A DNA stretch of 64,000 nt from Candidatus Eiseniibacteriota bacterium (GCA_041946735.1 JBHGAY010000022.1:1-64000), one strand, 5' to 3'. Shown: positions 39,973 through 51,432, numbered from the stretch's first letter. Program-made: numbers and translations. The notes: generated by a model not told the origin, from the letters alone.

Positions 39973-40740
39973 ATGCGATTCCCCGATCCCACGATCAGTC
40001 CCGAACGGATGCTGTACGTCTTCGGGGGCTACCACCTGAACCGGCTGCGCGCGGACGAGGAGACCGTCGATCTCGCCAACGCGTTCGGCCAGGCCCAGGA
40101 TGCGCTCCGCATCCGTCTCGATGAGCACCGGGAGGCCGAGGCCGCGACGATGACCGCCCTGGCGGTCCGCGACTCGAAGGACGACAAGCTCGACGATGCC
40201 GTCCGGGTCTGCTGCTTCAAGGTGCTCGAGAAGGTGCTCAACAACCGCAAGGACGCGCGCTTCCTGAACCTCTTCCCCGGCGGCATGACGCCGATGATCA
40301 CCGAGGCGCCGGAGGACGAGGTCCGCGAGGTGTTGCTCCTGGCGGCGAAGCTCGACAAGGAGACCGACGTCGAGCTTCACGCCCAGGCGGCCCCTCTGCG
40401 GGCGGGAGCCGAGGCGCTCCGCCAGGCGATCTCGGACTACAACGGGATCGCCGACCGGGAGGCGCTCGCCCTGAGCGCCCTCCAGGACGAGAAGCGCAAG
40501 TGGATCGACGCTTACGCCTACAGCTACCGCCAGCTCCAACTCCGCTTCTACCAGGACCCGAAGAAGGCCGAGCGCTACTTCCGCCCGGCGCGGAAGGTCA
40601 GCAGGGGCGGGGCGGAGGAGGAGGGGGAGTCGGTGACGGAGGTGCCGGAGCAGGAAGCGGCGGTGAAGGCGGTAGCGGGTGCGGCGAGCGCGAGCGCTAG
40701 CGCTGCTGCAACGCAGGCGCTGAATGTGGAGGAGGTGTAG
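39973..40740 (+). CDS. Hypothetical all-alpha-helical protein
   Basis: Strong SD (GGAGGAG), codon usage like host genes, amphipathic helical sequence, no recognisable catalytic motif. Confidence 0.8.
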   Translation: MRFPDPTISPERMLYVFGGYHLNRLRADEETVDLANAFGQAQDALRIRLDEHREAEAATMTALAVRDSKDDKLDDAVRVCCFKVLEKVLNNRKDARFLNLFPGGMTPMITEAPEDEVREVLLLAAKLDKETDVELHAQAAPLRAGAEALRQAISDYNGIADREALALSALQDEKRKWIDAYAYSYRQLQLRFYQDPKKAERYFRPARKVSRGGAEEEGESVTEVPEQEAAVKAVAGAASASASAAATQALNVEEV

Positions 40741-40997
40741 GCGCGCGAGGCCGGACTGCCCAGCGCGGAAAGACCTGAGTCCAGGAGTCCAGGAACCAAG
40801 GCGCGGCCGGGCTGACCCCCACCCGGCCACGCCGCTGTTCTGCCTGCTAACGGGCACGCGATTGCCCCGCACGTCGGCAGTTCCCCGTCTCCGACCGTTG
40901 GGTGGCGTCGAGCGAGGAAGCGGAGAAGGGTCGGAGGTGCGATCGAGGAGATCCATCCATGTTAGGATCGCTCTATGCCAACCACGGGAGAGAGAGC

Positions 40998-41222
40998 ATG
41001 ACCCTATCTCGTATCACAACAGACGCGGATGTCTGCGGCGGGAAGCCGTGCATACGCGGTCTTCGGTTCCCGGTCTCTCGTCTTCTCGGTCTCCTCGCTG
41101 CCGGGGAAAGCGAGGAGTCAATCCTCCGTGACTACCCGTATCTGGAGAGGGAGGACATTCGCGAGGCATTGAACTACGCCTCGCTCCTCGCAGACGACCG
41201 GGTGATCGATCTAGCTACGTGA
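40998..41222 (+). CDS. DUF433 family antitoxin
   Basis: RITTDADVCGGKPCIRGLRFPV...ILRDYPYLEREDIREALNYA. Confidence 0.9.
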   Translation: MTLSRITTDADVCGGKPCIRGLRFPVSRLLGLLAAGESEESILRDYPYLEREDIREALNYASLLADDRVIDLAT

Positions 41223-41576
41223 GATTCCGCCTCGACATGCCGGTGTCGCCCGGACTGGCCCGATCGCGGTCATGATGTAGTCCACGCGGGGGATATCGGG
41301 CTCGACCGAGCCCCGGATCGCATGATTCTGCAGCGGGCTCACGACGAGCACCGAATCGTAATCACGGCGGACCTCGATTATCCGCGACTTCTGGTCCTGA
41401 GCCTCGCGGTAGGCCCCGGCCTCATCTTGTTCCGAGGTGGGAACTATTCCGAGCGAGAGATGGAGAGCCTCCTGGAGCGAGTGCTCGAATCCGTGACGTC
41501 GAAGGAGCTCACAGAATCCGTCTGCGTTGTGGACAAGCATCGGATCCGCATCACAAAGCTACCGGTGCAGCCCTAG
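41219..41576 (+). pseudogene. DUF5615/VapC45-like PIN toxin, frameshifted
   Basis: GTG 41219 (overlapping the antitoxin stop) reads VRFRLDMPVSPGLA then TGA at 41273; GHDVVHAGDIGL...IVITADLDY continues in another frame. Confidence 0.75.
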
Positions 41577-42076
41577 GCATCGGCATCCGGGGAACTGTCT
41601 CCTCCGGGTGAATCCGCTGGACGCCGCAGGTCGGCGAGTGCGATTCCCGACGAACTGGCACTGCCCCAGACCGGGTGACGTTTGACCCCCGAGCCGCTCG
41701 TCGTCATAGAGGAGGACGACGGCGTCGAGCGTCGAGTGGCGGCGCGTGTCGCGGATCGCGATTCCGGCGCGGTCGATGTGGGCGAGGTGGTGCGGCGGCC
41801 GGGCGAGGCCCGTCCAGCATACCCAGTCGGGGGGTGACAGGCGTTGACGCCCCTTGCACAGGGCAAGTATGTGCGGCGGGCGAGGATAAGTGCTTGAGCC
41901 ACGTCGCGCGGTCCGATACTCTGGTCCCGCCCATCTGAGCGAAAGCGGACGAATCGGGCCGATGTCGGAACCGAGGGGCAGTGCCAGGTCGATCCGTCCG
42001 CGAGTACGGAGACCGATGACCGCGATCGGAACGAGCATCACGCGATCGAATGGTGGCGGCGGGAAGGGAACGGACT

Positions 42077-43015
42077 ATGGCGCTGGCGACTGACAGCCCG
42101 TCGGCCGCCGATGCCCGAGTTCGAATCGAGGCCTTCCGGTGGCTGCGCGAGCAGGTTGCCGCGCTTGGCGATGTTCTCCCGCTCGACCTCCTACGGAGGG
42201 GCTTCACGCTCGACGGCGCCCGGGTCCCGCTCGTCGGTCCCCAGGGCATCTTCAAGCCCGCCGTTCTGCCCGAGCTTCCGTTGTCCATCACGACCGTCTT
42301 GAACGGGCCTTACGCCGACAGCTTCACGCCGGAGGGTCTCATCCGCTACCGCTATCGGGGAACGGATCCTAGTCATCACGAGAACGTGGGGCTTCGCAAA
42401 GCGATGGCCCGCCGCACACCGTTGATCTACTTCCACGGGGTCGCCACCGGAAGGTACTTGGCCGTTTGGCCCGTGTTCATCGTCGGCGACGATCCTGCAG
42501 CTCTGTCGTTCACGGTCGCCGTCGACGACGAGCAGATCGCCGAGGAGTCGGCCAGGGACGCCGATGGGCTCGCCGCGTCCGTGCAGGAGACGGAGGGGCG
42601 CCGGCTTTACATCACCACCTCAGTCAAGGTCCGCCTGCATCAGCGCGGCTTCCGGGAACGCGTGTTGCGCGCCTACCGGGAGCAGTGCGCTCTGTGCCGG
42701 CTCCGGCATCGCGAACTGCTCGACGCCGCCCACATTATCGGGGACTCGGAAGCCTCGGGCGATCCGGTCGTGCCCAACGGGCTGTCATTGTGCAAGATCC
42801 ATCACGCGGCATTCGATGGCCTGTTCATCGGAATCCGGCCGGACTACGTGGTCGAGGTGCATCCCAGGATTCTGGGCGAATCCGATGGCCCGATGCTGCG
42901 GCATGGCCTGCAGGGATTGCACGGGTCGAAGATCCTCCTGCCGTCCCAGCGCGCGAACTACCCGGACCGCGACCGGCTGGAGGAACGACATAGACGATTC
43001 CGAAGCGCCGCGTGA
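42077..43015 (+). CDS. HNH endonuclease with putative SRA/PUA-like N-terminal domain
   Basis: RLHQRGFRERVLRAY..QCALC..LLDAAHI..NGLSLCKIHHAAFD; N-terminal QGIFKP..LSITT..YADSF..IRYRYRG. Confidence 0.85.
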   Translation: MALATDSPSAADARVRIEAFRWLREQVAALGDVLPLDLLRRGFTLDGARVPLVGPQGIFKPAVLPELPLSITTVLNGPYADSFTPEGLIRYRYRGTDPSHHENVGLRKAMARRTPLIYFHGVATGRYLAVWPVFIVGDDPAALSFTVAVDDEQIAEESARDADGLAASVQETEGRRLYITTSVKVRLHQRGFRERVLRAYREQCALCRLRHRELLDAAHIIGDSEASGDPVVPNGLSLCKIHHAAFDGLFIGIRPDYVVEVHPRILGESDGPMLRHGLQGLHGSKILLPSQRANYPDRDRLEERHRRFRSAA

Positions 43016-43119
43016 TCGCAAGGGCGTCGAGGTGAGGAGGGGCGCATGAAGTACGAGGTCGCCTATCGGAAGCCGAGGCAGCGGTTGGGGCGAGCGGATT
43101 GGCCTTCAAGGTGAAGCAG

Positions 43120-43316
43120 AGCAACTGGCGTCATGCCAATCCGTGAAGGTGCTACCAGTGAACCCGGAGTTCGAGCCGATGGAATTCTCTAGCGAAGACG
43201 AGGGCCGGCTGGAAGTTGTCGCCGAATGCGTGGAGGTGTTGAGAGGCACGCCGGGCATAAGGATCGCCCAGCATCGGGAGGCACGTACGGGCATTCGAAG
43301 CATGGGACTCGACTGA
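43120..43316 (+). pseudogene. Possible degenerate S24/LexA-like C-terminal domain fragment
   Basis: WRH in one frame, VKVLPVNPEFEPMEF...LEVVAECVEVL in another; recognised by eye only. Confidence 0.35.
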
Positions 43317-44260
43317 TGAGAGCCTTTCTCGCCGTCACCGACAACGACTGGTTCCGCTTTCTGCGTGCCCAGCCAGGGATTGACGAGGTCAACTTCTGGC
43401 AGCCGAGCGGCGGCACAGCGTTCCGGGCACTCCAGACCGGGCAGCCGTTTCTCTTCAAGCTGCACCACCCCGAGAACTTTGTTGTTGGTGGCGGATTCTT
43501 CGCCCACTTCTCGCTTCTGCCCGCAAGACTGGCGTGGGAAGCGTTCGGGATCAAGAACGGCGCGGCGGAGCTCGGGGAGATGTGGCGACGGATCGCCAAG
43601 TACCGGCACCGCGTGCTGGACGAGCGGGACCAGCAGATCGTCGGCTGCATCATTCTCGTGGATCCATTCTTCCTCGACGATCGGGACTGGATCCCGGTGC
43701 CCAAGGACTTCAGTCCGAACATCGTCCGCGGGAAAGGCTATGACCTGTCCCGTTCTCCGGGCCGCGAACTTTGGAGTCAGGTCCTCGCCGCACGCGCAGC
43801 CTCGATGTCCGTTCAGCGGTCGCGGGTGGCTGACAAACAGCTGCTGCTTTCCGACAGCCCTATGTTCAGCGAGCCGGTTCCGGTTCGCCGTCGGCTCGGC
43901 CAAGGATCGTTCCGCGTCGTGATCACCGACCTCTACCGCCGCAAGTGCGCGGTGACGGGGGAGAGGGCTCTCCCAACCCTTGAGGCGGCGCACATCCGCC
44001 CGGTCACGCGGGACGGCCGTCACTTGACGAGCAACGGGCTGCTACTTCGCTCCGACGTCCACCGGCTGTTCGACGACGGCTACGTCACGGTCGACCGTGA
44101 CCTCCGCTTCCGCGTCAGCTCCCGGCTCAAGAAGGACTTCGACAACGGGGAGGAGTACCGCCGATATGCCGGTCAGCTGCTCTGGGTGCCGACCTCGGCC
44201 GAGGACCGGCCGGACCCAATGCTGCTGGAGTGGCACGCAGACACAGTGTTTCGGAAGTAA
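43316..44260 (+). CDS. HNH endonuclease with putative PUA/EVE-like N-terminal domain
   Basis: AVTDNDWFRFL..EVNFWQP..PFLFKLH..IVGC; RRLGQGSFR..CAVTG..LEAAHIRP..NGLLLRSDVHRLFD. Confidence 0.85.
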   Translation: MRAFLAVTDNDWFRFLRAQPGIDEVNFWQPSGGTAFRALQTGQPFLFKLHHPENFVVGGGFFAHFSLLPARLAWEAFGIKNGAAELGEMWRRIAKYRHRVLDERDQQIVGCIILVDPFFLDDRDWIPVPKDFSPNIVRGKGYDLSRSPGRELWSQVLAARAASMSVQRSRVADKQLLLSDSPMFSEPVPVRRRLGQGSFRVVITDLYRRKCAVTGERALPTLEAAHIRPVTRDGRHLTSNGLLLRSDVHRLFDDGYVTVDRDLRFRVSSRLKKDFDNGEEYRRYAGQLLWVPTSAEDRPDPMLLEWHADTVFRK

Positions 44261-44297
44261 CCAGCCAGCGCCGGGAATCTCCGTGGGGGGACCCGAG

Positions 44298-44940
44298 ATG
44301 ATCGATCAAAGGGTAGCAGACCGCATCGGGAAGGTCGGCGACGAGCTCTCCGCGAAAGGCGAACTCCTCGCTTCGGCTCAGCTGGTGCGATATTGCGTAA
44401 CTTTTCGATCCCGATTTGGTCCCGAGGTTCTCGCGGGTCTCGACGGCGAGAAGCTCCTCGAGACGATGCACGACAACCTCAACCGGGACAGCTTGGTCTA
44501 CTGGCTAGAGTTCAAGAACGGCGATGAGTTCCCTGCCCGCTCATTCCGCGGCATTGCGGGCGGCAGCGCCCTCGAGTTCGGGATCTATGGGCGCAGGAAG
44601 TCGGGCGCCTGGATGACGGGGAGCCCGCAGAAACAGGAGGAGATCCCGCTCGACCAGGCGATCGAGATCGCGCGCCAGCATCCACACGAGTTCCGGCAGG
44701 GTGCGGAGCTGCTGGCGGCCTTGCCGCGTCACGCGTCGGACGGGGACTATCGCGAGCTCCAGAAGAAAGATGGACAGAGTAGCGCCCTCCGTGAGCGACT
44801 CGGCGTGGGGGCACAAGTTTCGGCGTCCTCTTCCCCGACAAACTCGACGACCATCATGCCCCGAGCACCAGAGGTTCCACCTCATCGAGCTTTTGCAGGT
44901 ACCGCCTGGTCAGGGACGGTACTTGGCCGGAGGCCGCCCC
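44298..44940 (+). pseudogene. Truncated, frameshifted N-terminal part of a McrB-like protein
   Basis: FGPEVLAGLDGEKLL..SLVYWLEFKN..GGSALEFGIY, then AWGHK, LFPDKLDD and QRFHLIELLQ spread over different frames; no NTPase domain follows. Confidence 0.55.
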
Positions 44941-44956
44941 GAAGCAGGATCTCTGA

Positions 44957-46057
44957 ATGAGCCGCGTGCACCTGAAACGCTTGGAGCGTAGGAAGATCGG
45001 AGGCTTCGGTGACGAGATGAAGCTCTCGGTCCCGTTACCGAAGACCCCAAAGGGCATGATCCATCAGCGGTGTCCCTCGGAGTCGTGCAGACCGCGGCTT
45101 TTCGAGTTGGGGAACGGGGCGCCTGACCGATGCATCGCGCACGGGAATCAGCATCTCGTTCGACGACAGATCGGTACGCCAGGTATCACCTGCCCTTACT
45201 GCGGTGGGGACGCTCCCGATGACGAGTACATCTGCGAAGAGGATGTTCGCTACGCCCGGGAGCTCATCGGCTGGGAAGCTGGCAGGGACATGCAGGACTT
45301 CATGGCCGAGGAGGCCAGGAGGTTCAACCAAGAAGGAGACTTCGGTCTCTTCAAGGTTCGCATGGAGGTCAAGGGCAACAACCGTCGCCGCCCGGTTGCC
45401 TGGCGTGAGGATTTGCTGCGCGATCTGACGTGCGACATCTGCGGACGACGATACGGTGTCTTTGCGATCGGTCTCTTCTGCCCCGATTGCGGAGCCCGCA
45501 ACGTCCACGTCCATTTCGCGCGGGAGATCGAGCTGGTTGAGCGGCAACTTGCTCTCGCGCAGGAGAAGAGGCAGACGGACGAGGAGCTTGCCTACCGGCT
45601 GCTGGCCAACGCCCATGAGGATGTGTTGACTGCATTCGAGACCCACCTCAAGACGATCTACCGGTTCCTTTGTCCCCGTCGGCTTGCTACTGACGTCGCC
45701 GCCGAGAAGTGCCGCAATCTGCGGAACAGGTTCCAGAATGAGAAGAAGGCCGAGAACCGGTTCAAGGATCTGAGCATCGATCTCTTTGCGGCATTGAGCG
45801 AGGACGAGCGCGGGAAACTCTCGGCGAACATTCGGAAGCGCCACATCGTCGGACACAACCTCGGAATCGAGGACGATGAGGACGTCGAAACGAGGAACGC
45901 CGGCACGGTCGTCTCCCTCCTTGTGGAGGACGTCCGAGGATTCGTCGCGATCTGCAAAAAGGTCATCATCTCGCTTGAGGAGCAGCTTCCCGAGTTGCTC
46001 CCTCCGTCAAATCAGGAACCTGAACCACCACAGGAAGGTGAGTCGATCGGGAGGTGA
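44957..46057 (+). CDS. Hypothetical multi-Zn-ribbon protein with C-terminal HEPN-like RxxxxH motif
   Basis: CPSESC, CPYC, CDIC and CPDC motifs; helical C-terminus with RFQN and KRHIVGHNLG. Confidence 0.7.
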   Translation: MSRVHLKRLERRKIGGFGDEMKLSVPLPKTPKGMIHQRCPSESCRPRLFELGNGAPDRCIAHGNQHLVRRQIGTPGITCPYCGGDAPDDEYICEEDVRYARELIGWEAGRDMQDFMAEEARRFNQEGDFGLFKVRMEVKGNNRRRPVAWREDLLRDLTCDICGRRYGVFAIGLFCPDCGARNVHVHFAREIELVERQLALAQEKRQTDEELAYRLLANAHEDVLTAFETHLKTIYRFLCPRRLATDVAAEKCRNLRNRFQNEKKAENRFKDLSIDLFAALSEDERGKLSANIRKRHIVGHNLGIEDDEDVETRNAGTVVSLLVEDVRGFVAICKKVIISLEEQLPELLPPSNQEPEPPQEGESIGR

Positions 46058-46060
46058 CTC

Positions 46061-46741
46061 TTGGCCCGCGTCCGGAAGATCCAGCGCAACCCTTCCTCGG
46101 GGATGAACCACTTCGTCGTCGATGCAAACTTCTTGGCGAACAAGTTCGTCCCGGGATCATCGGCCCCGGACGCCCATCAAAAGATACGCATCGAGCGGTG
46201 TTGCGAATGGTGGGAGGAAATCGACGCGCAGGTCGGACATAAGCGGGCGCGGGTCTATGCTCCTGACATCTGCGTAGCCGAAGCTTTCAAGGTCCTTGCC
46301 AAGAAGTACTACGAGGAGCAGTGGTTCAAGACGGCGGTCACGTTCAACAACGCTCGCCTTCGTCTCCGTAAGTTCATCACTACTCCGACGAGGACGCTCC
46401 GAGCCGCGCGGCGGCATATCAAGTTCCACGACATCTCGACCACGAGAGACATCATCATCTCCGTCGATCGTTTCTATGAAGCGTTCCACAAGCACAAGAA
46501 GAAGGTCCAACTCCCCGATTTGATTGTCGTCGCGACGGCGAAGTACCTGCTCGACTTCTACGACGTCCCGAAGCAGCAGCTCCATATCGTCACGCTCGAT
46601 CGTGCGCTCCGGGAGGGATCCAAGTTCATCCAGGAACTCCCCAACGCCTACGATCCGACGGAGCCGTCGGACTCCAAGGACATAGTGTTCACCGGGGACG
46701 TCTTCAGACCGCGACGGCGGAAGCGTCGCAAGAAGCCATAG
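46061..46741 (+). CDS. PIN-fold domain protein
   Basis: FVVDANFL, PDICVAEA, LPDLIVVATA, IVTLDRAL give PIN-like acidic spacing; SD GGAGGT before TTG (alternative ATG 46103). Confidence 0.7.
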   Translation: MARVRKIQRNPSSGMNHFVVDANFLANKFVPGSSAPDAHQKIRIERCCEWWEEIDAQVGHKRARVYAPDICVAEAFKVLAKKYYEEQWFKTAVTFNNARLRLRKFITTPTRTLRAARRHIKFHDISTTRDIIISVDRFYEAFHKHKKKVQLPDLIVVATAKYLLDFYDVPKQQLHIVTLDRALREGSKFIQELPNAYDPTEPSDSKDIVFTGDVFRPRRRKRRKKP

Positions 46742-47140
46742 TACAGATCCTGAACCAAGCAACGACAGGCGCGCGTTTCTGAATCGGCGGAGTAGCGAGG
46801 TGGGTTGCCACCGACTTGTGGATAGCTCGTCACCCCAGCGGGTAAGGTGCGTGGAACGCCTTTCCTCAAGAAGGGATGCGTCCAGCCGCCTAGCGGGCCT
46901 GCACCTCGCTCACGCCAGCCCACCCTGCTTTCCCCCTGTACCAGTGGGTTGACGACCTACCGGCGAAACCGGGGTGGGCTGCCGTTCGCACCTCACGGGC
47001 GGCAGCCGACCAAGAGCGTGCGCAACCTAAGTCAGTAGCCGTGACAGCGGAACACCCCTAGGCAATCCCCGGGTAGGTTCCGGTTGACACTCCCCGCAGC
47101 CGTATGGAAGCCTTCGGTTTCGACCAGTTGTCGGGTGCGC

Positions 47141-47230
47141 GGAGAGATGGCCGAGTGGTTGAAGGCGGCGGTCTCGAAAACCGCTGTGGGGGTAACCCCA
47201 CCGGGGGTTCGAATCCCTCTCTCTCCGCCA
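47141..47230 (+). tRNA. tRNA-Ser (CGA)
   Basis: GGAGAGA/TCTCTCC acceptor stem, gcggt-ctCGAaa-accgc anticodon arm, long variable arm, GTTCGAATC, CCA. Confidence 0.96.
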
Positions 47231-47486
47231 GTTCCTATGCGGCGGGCGCTCGAGCCCGCCGAATTGCGTCCGGCCGTGTAGTCCGAGTCCGTGGGCAATG
47301 AGGGGCATCATTCGCGCCGCGAGCCCGTCCCGATCACCGGGGCCGGCGGTCCCATAGAAGACCAGAGGTCCGGGCCGAGCATCTGCGCCCCCCGAACCAC
47401 CCCGAAAAAGATGCGGTTGAGGCAGGATGGGGCGGCCCCTATACTCGCGATTCGATCGCGGTTCGACCGCGGTTGGCAGCCACGGC

Positions 47487-47577
47487 GGAGAGATGTCCGA
47501 GTGGTTGAAGGAGCACGCCTGGAGAGCGTGTAGGCGTGAATAACGCCTCCAGGGTTCGAATCCCTGTCTCTCCGCCA
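47487..47577 (+). tRNA. tRNA-Ser (GGA)
   Basis: cacgc-ctGGAga-gcgtg anticodon arm, long variable arm, GTTCGAATC, CCA. Confidence 0.96.
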
Positions 47578-47642
47578 GAAAATCAAGAGGGAGCGGGTCG
47601 GCGCGACCACGAACGCGCGATCAGCGGACCTCAGGTCCATTT

Positions 47643-47715
47643 GGGGATGTAGCTCAGCTGGGAGAGCACCTCGTTCGCAACGAGGGGGTCGGCGGTTCGA
47701 ATCCGCTCATCTCCA
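47643..47715 (+). tRNA. tRNA-Ala (CGC)
   Basis: GGGGATG/CATCTCC stem with G3:U70, cctcg-ttCGCaa-cgagg; CCA not encoded. Confidence 0.96.
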
Positions 47716-47743
47716 CATTTTTTTCGTCCTTCTTTCTGTCCTT

Positions 47744-48025
<282 letters not shown>

Positions 48026-48133
48026 GAGGGCAGAGACTTAGGGCGGACGGAGTGCGGACTGAGTTATTGAGGAGTCGAGGGAGACGCGGGGCGGACGAGC
48101 AAGAGACGAGCAAGAAGGGACCGATCCTCGATC

Positions 48134-49864
<1,731 letters not shown>

Positions 49865-49926
49865 AGGCCGCCGAGAGGCTGGCGGGCAGGCAGCGAGCAG
49901 GGCAGCACCAGGGACAGGGAGGATCG

Positions 49927-50238
49927 ATGCAGGACTTCCGCAAGCTGATGAAGCAGGCGAAGGAGATGCAGGAGCGGATGGCGCAGATGCAGGAGCAGCT
50001 CTCCCGCGAGGAGGTCGACGGCTCCGCCGGCGGAGGCATGGTCACCGTCCGGATGAATGGGCGCCACGAGATCGTGAAGGTGACGATCGACAAGCAGGTG
50101 GTCGACCCGGAGGACGTCGAGATGCTCGAGGACTTGATCGCCGCCGCGGTGAACGACGCCCGCACGAAGGTCGAGGAGAAGATGCAGGGGGAGATGGGGA
50201 AGCTGACCGGCGGCCTCGGGATGCCGGGGCTCTTCTAG
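49927..50238 (+). CDS. ybaB: YbaB/EbfC nucleoid-associated protein
   Basis: LMKQAKEMQ..GSAGGGMVTV..DVEMLEDLIAAAVNDA; dnaX-ybaB-recR synteny. Confidence 0.95.
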   Translation: MQDFRKLMKQAKEMQERMAQMQEQLSREEVDGSAGGGMVTVRMNGRHEIVKVTIDKQVVDPEDVEMLEDLIAAAVNDARTKVEEKMQGEMGKLTGGLGMPGLF

Positions 50239-50272
50239 CCGGGCCGGCGACTCTCGCACGGGCGCGCGCCGC

Positions 50273-50875
50273 ATGCAGTACAGCTCTCGCTATCTGGAAG
50301 ACCTGGTCGATCAACTGTCCCGCCTGCCGGGGATCGGCAAGAAGACCGCGCAACGCCTCGCCTTCCATCTCCTGCGCGTCGAGACCGAGGAGGCGCTTGC
50401 GCTCTCGCACGCGATCGAGCGGGTGCGGCTCGAGGTCGCGACCTGCGAGCGATGCCACAACGTCGCCGAGACCCAGCCCTGCTACCTCTGCTCCGACGAC
50501 CGGCGCGACGGGTCGGTCCTGTGCGTCGTCGAGCAGCCGGGCGACGTCGTCGCGATCGAGCGCTCCGGCGCCTATCACGGCCGCTATCACGTCCTGCGCG
50601 GGGCCCTCTCGCCGCTCGACGGGATCACCCCCGCCGATCTCCGCCTGCACGAGCTGGCCGACCGCGTCCGCAACGAGGGGATCGTCGAGGTGATCGTCGC
50701 GACGAATCCGACGAACCAGGGGGAGGCGACCTCCCACTACCTGGCCGAGATGCTCTCCGGCCTCGGCGTCACGATCACGCGGATCGCGCGCGGCGTGCCG
50801 ATGGGGTCGGACATCGAGCTGTCCGATCAGGCGACGCTCGCCCGTGCGATCGAGGGGCGCAAACGCCTCGCCTAG
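50273..50875 (+). CDS. recR: Recombination protein RecR
   Basis: LPGIGKKTAQRLAFH, C4 Zn finger, Toprim EVIVATNP..GEAT. Confidence 0.97.
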   Translation: MQYSSRYLEDLVDQLSRLPGIGKKTAQRLAFHLLRVETEEALALSHAIERVRLEVATCERCHNVAETQPCYLCSDDRRDGSVLCVVEQPGDVVAIERSGAYHGRYHVLRGALSPLDGITPADLRLHELADRVRNEGIVEVIVATNPTNQGEATSHYLAEMLSGLGVTITRIARGVPMGSDIELSDQATLARAIEGRKRLA

Positions 50876-50889
50876 CCGCCGGCTCAGGG

Positions 50890-51387
50890 ATGCCGCTCCG
50901 CGCCACCGGCGCCACCGGCTCCACCCGCTTCGCCGGCCTCGCCCGCTTCGTCGCCACCTTCGCCTACATCGGACACCTTCCGCTGGCGCCCGGCACCTGG
51001 GCCGCGGCCGTGACGCTCGCCGCGTGGCTGCTCCTGCCTCCGGTCGCGTGGCCGCTCCAGATCGCCATCGCGATCGCCGGGATCGTGATCGGCACGAGCG
51101 CATCGGGAGCGGTGGAGTCGTACTATGGACACGACAGCCGTCACGTGGTGATCGATGAGGTGGCGGGGGCCGCCCTCGCGGTGGCCGGCTTCGAGCCGCG
51201 GATCGGGATCGCGATCGCCGGCTTCCTGCTCTTCCGCCTCTTCGACATCGCGAAGCCGCCGCCGATCTACCAGCTCCAGGCGCTGCGCGGCGGCGTCGGC
51301 GTGATGGCCGACGACGTGGCGGCCGGGATCCTCGCGAACGTGCTGATCCGGATCGGGATGGCGGCAATGGGCGTCGGCGCAGCGTGA
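50890..51387 (+). CDS. pgpA: Phosphatidylglycerophosphatase A
   Basis: APGTW, VVIDEVAG, FRLFDIAKP, GVMADDVAAG. Confidence 0.92.
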   Translation: MPLRATGATGSTRFAGLARFVATFAYIGHLPLAPGTWAAAVTLAAWLLLPPVAWPLQIAIAIAGIVIGTSASGAVESYYGHDSRHVVIDEVAGAALAVAGFEPRIGIAIAGFLLFRLFDIAKPPPIYQLQALRGGVGVMADDVAAGILANVLIRIGMAAMGVGAA

Positions 51388-51432
51388 TGGAGGACGGGCA
51401 GGCGTGAGGCCGCGGGGAGGACGAGCAAGACG

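Noticed and set aside
39061..40956. 631-aa minus-strand ORF and other overlapping ORFs in this region
   Set aside because: Arg/Pro-rich shadow frames antisense to the better-supported 39973-40740 gene.
41580..42076. Possible gene fragment or promoter with a CTTGC-N5-GCAAG palindrome
   Set aside because: No recognisable protein motif and poor -35/-10 spacing.
47084..47115. TTGACA upstream of the tRNA cluster
   Set aside because: No convincing -10 at 16-18 nt, so not called as a promoter.
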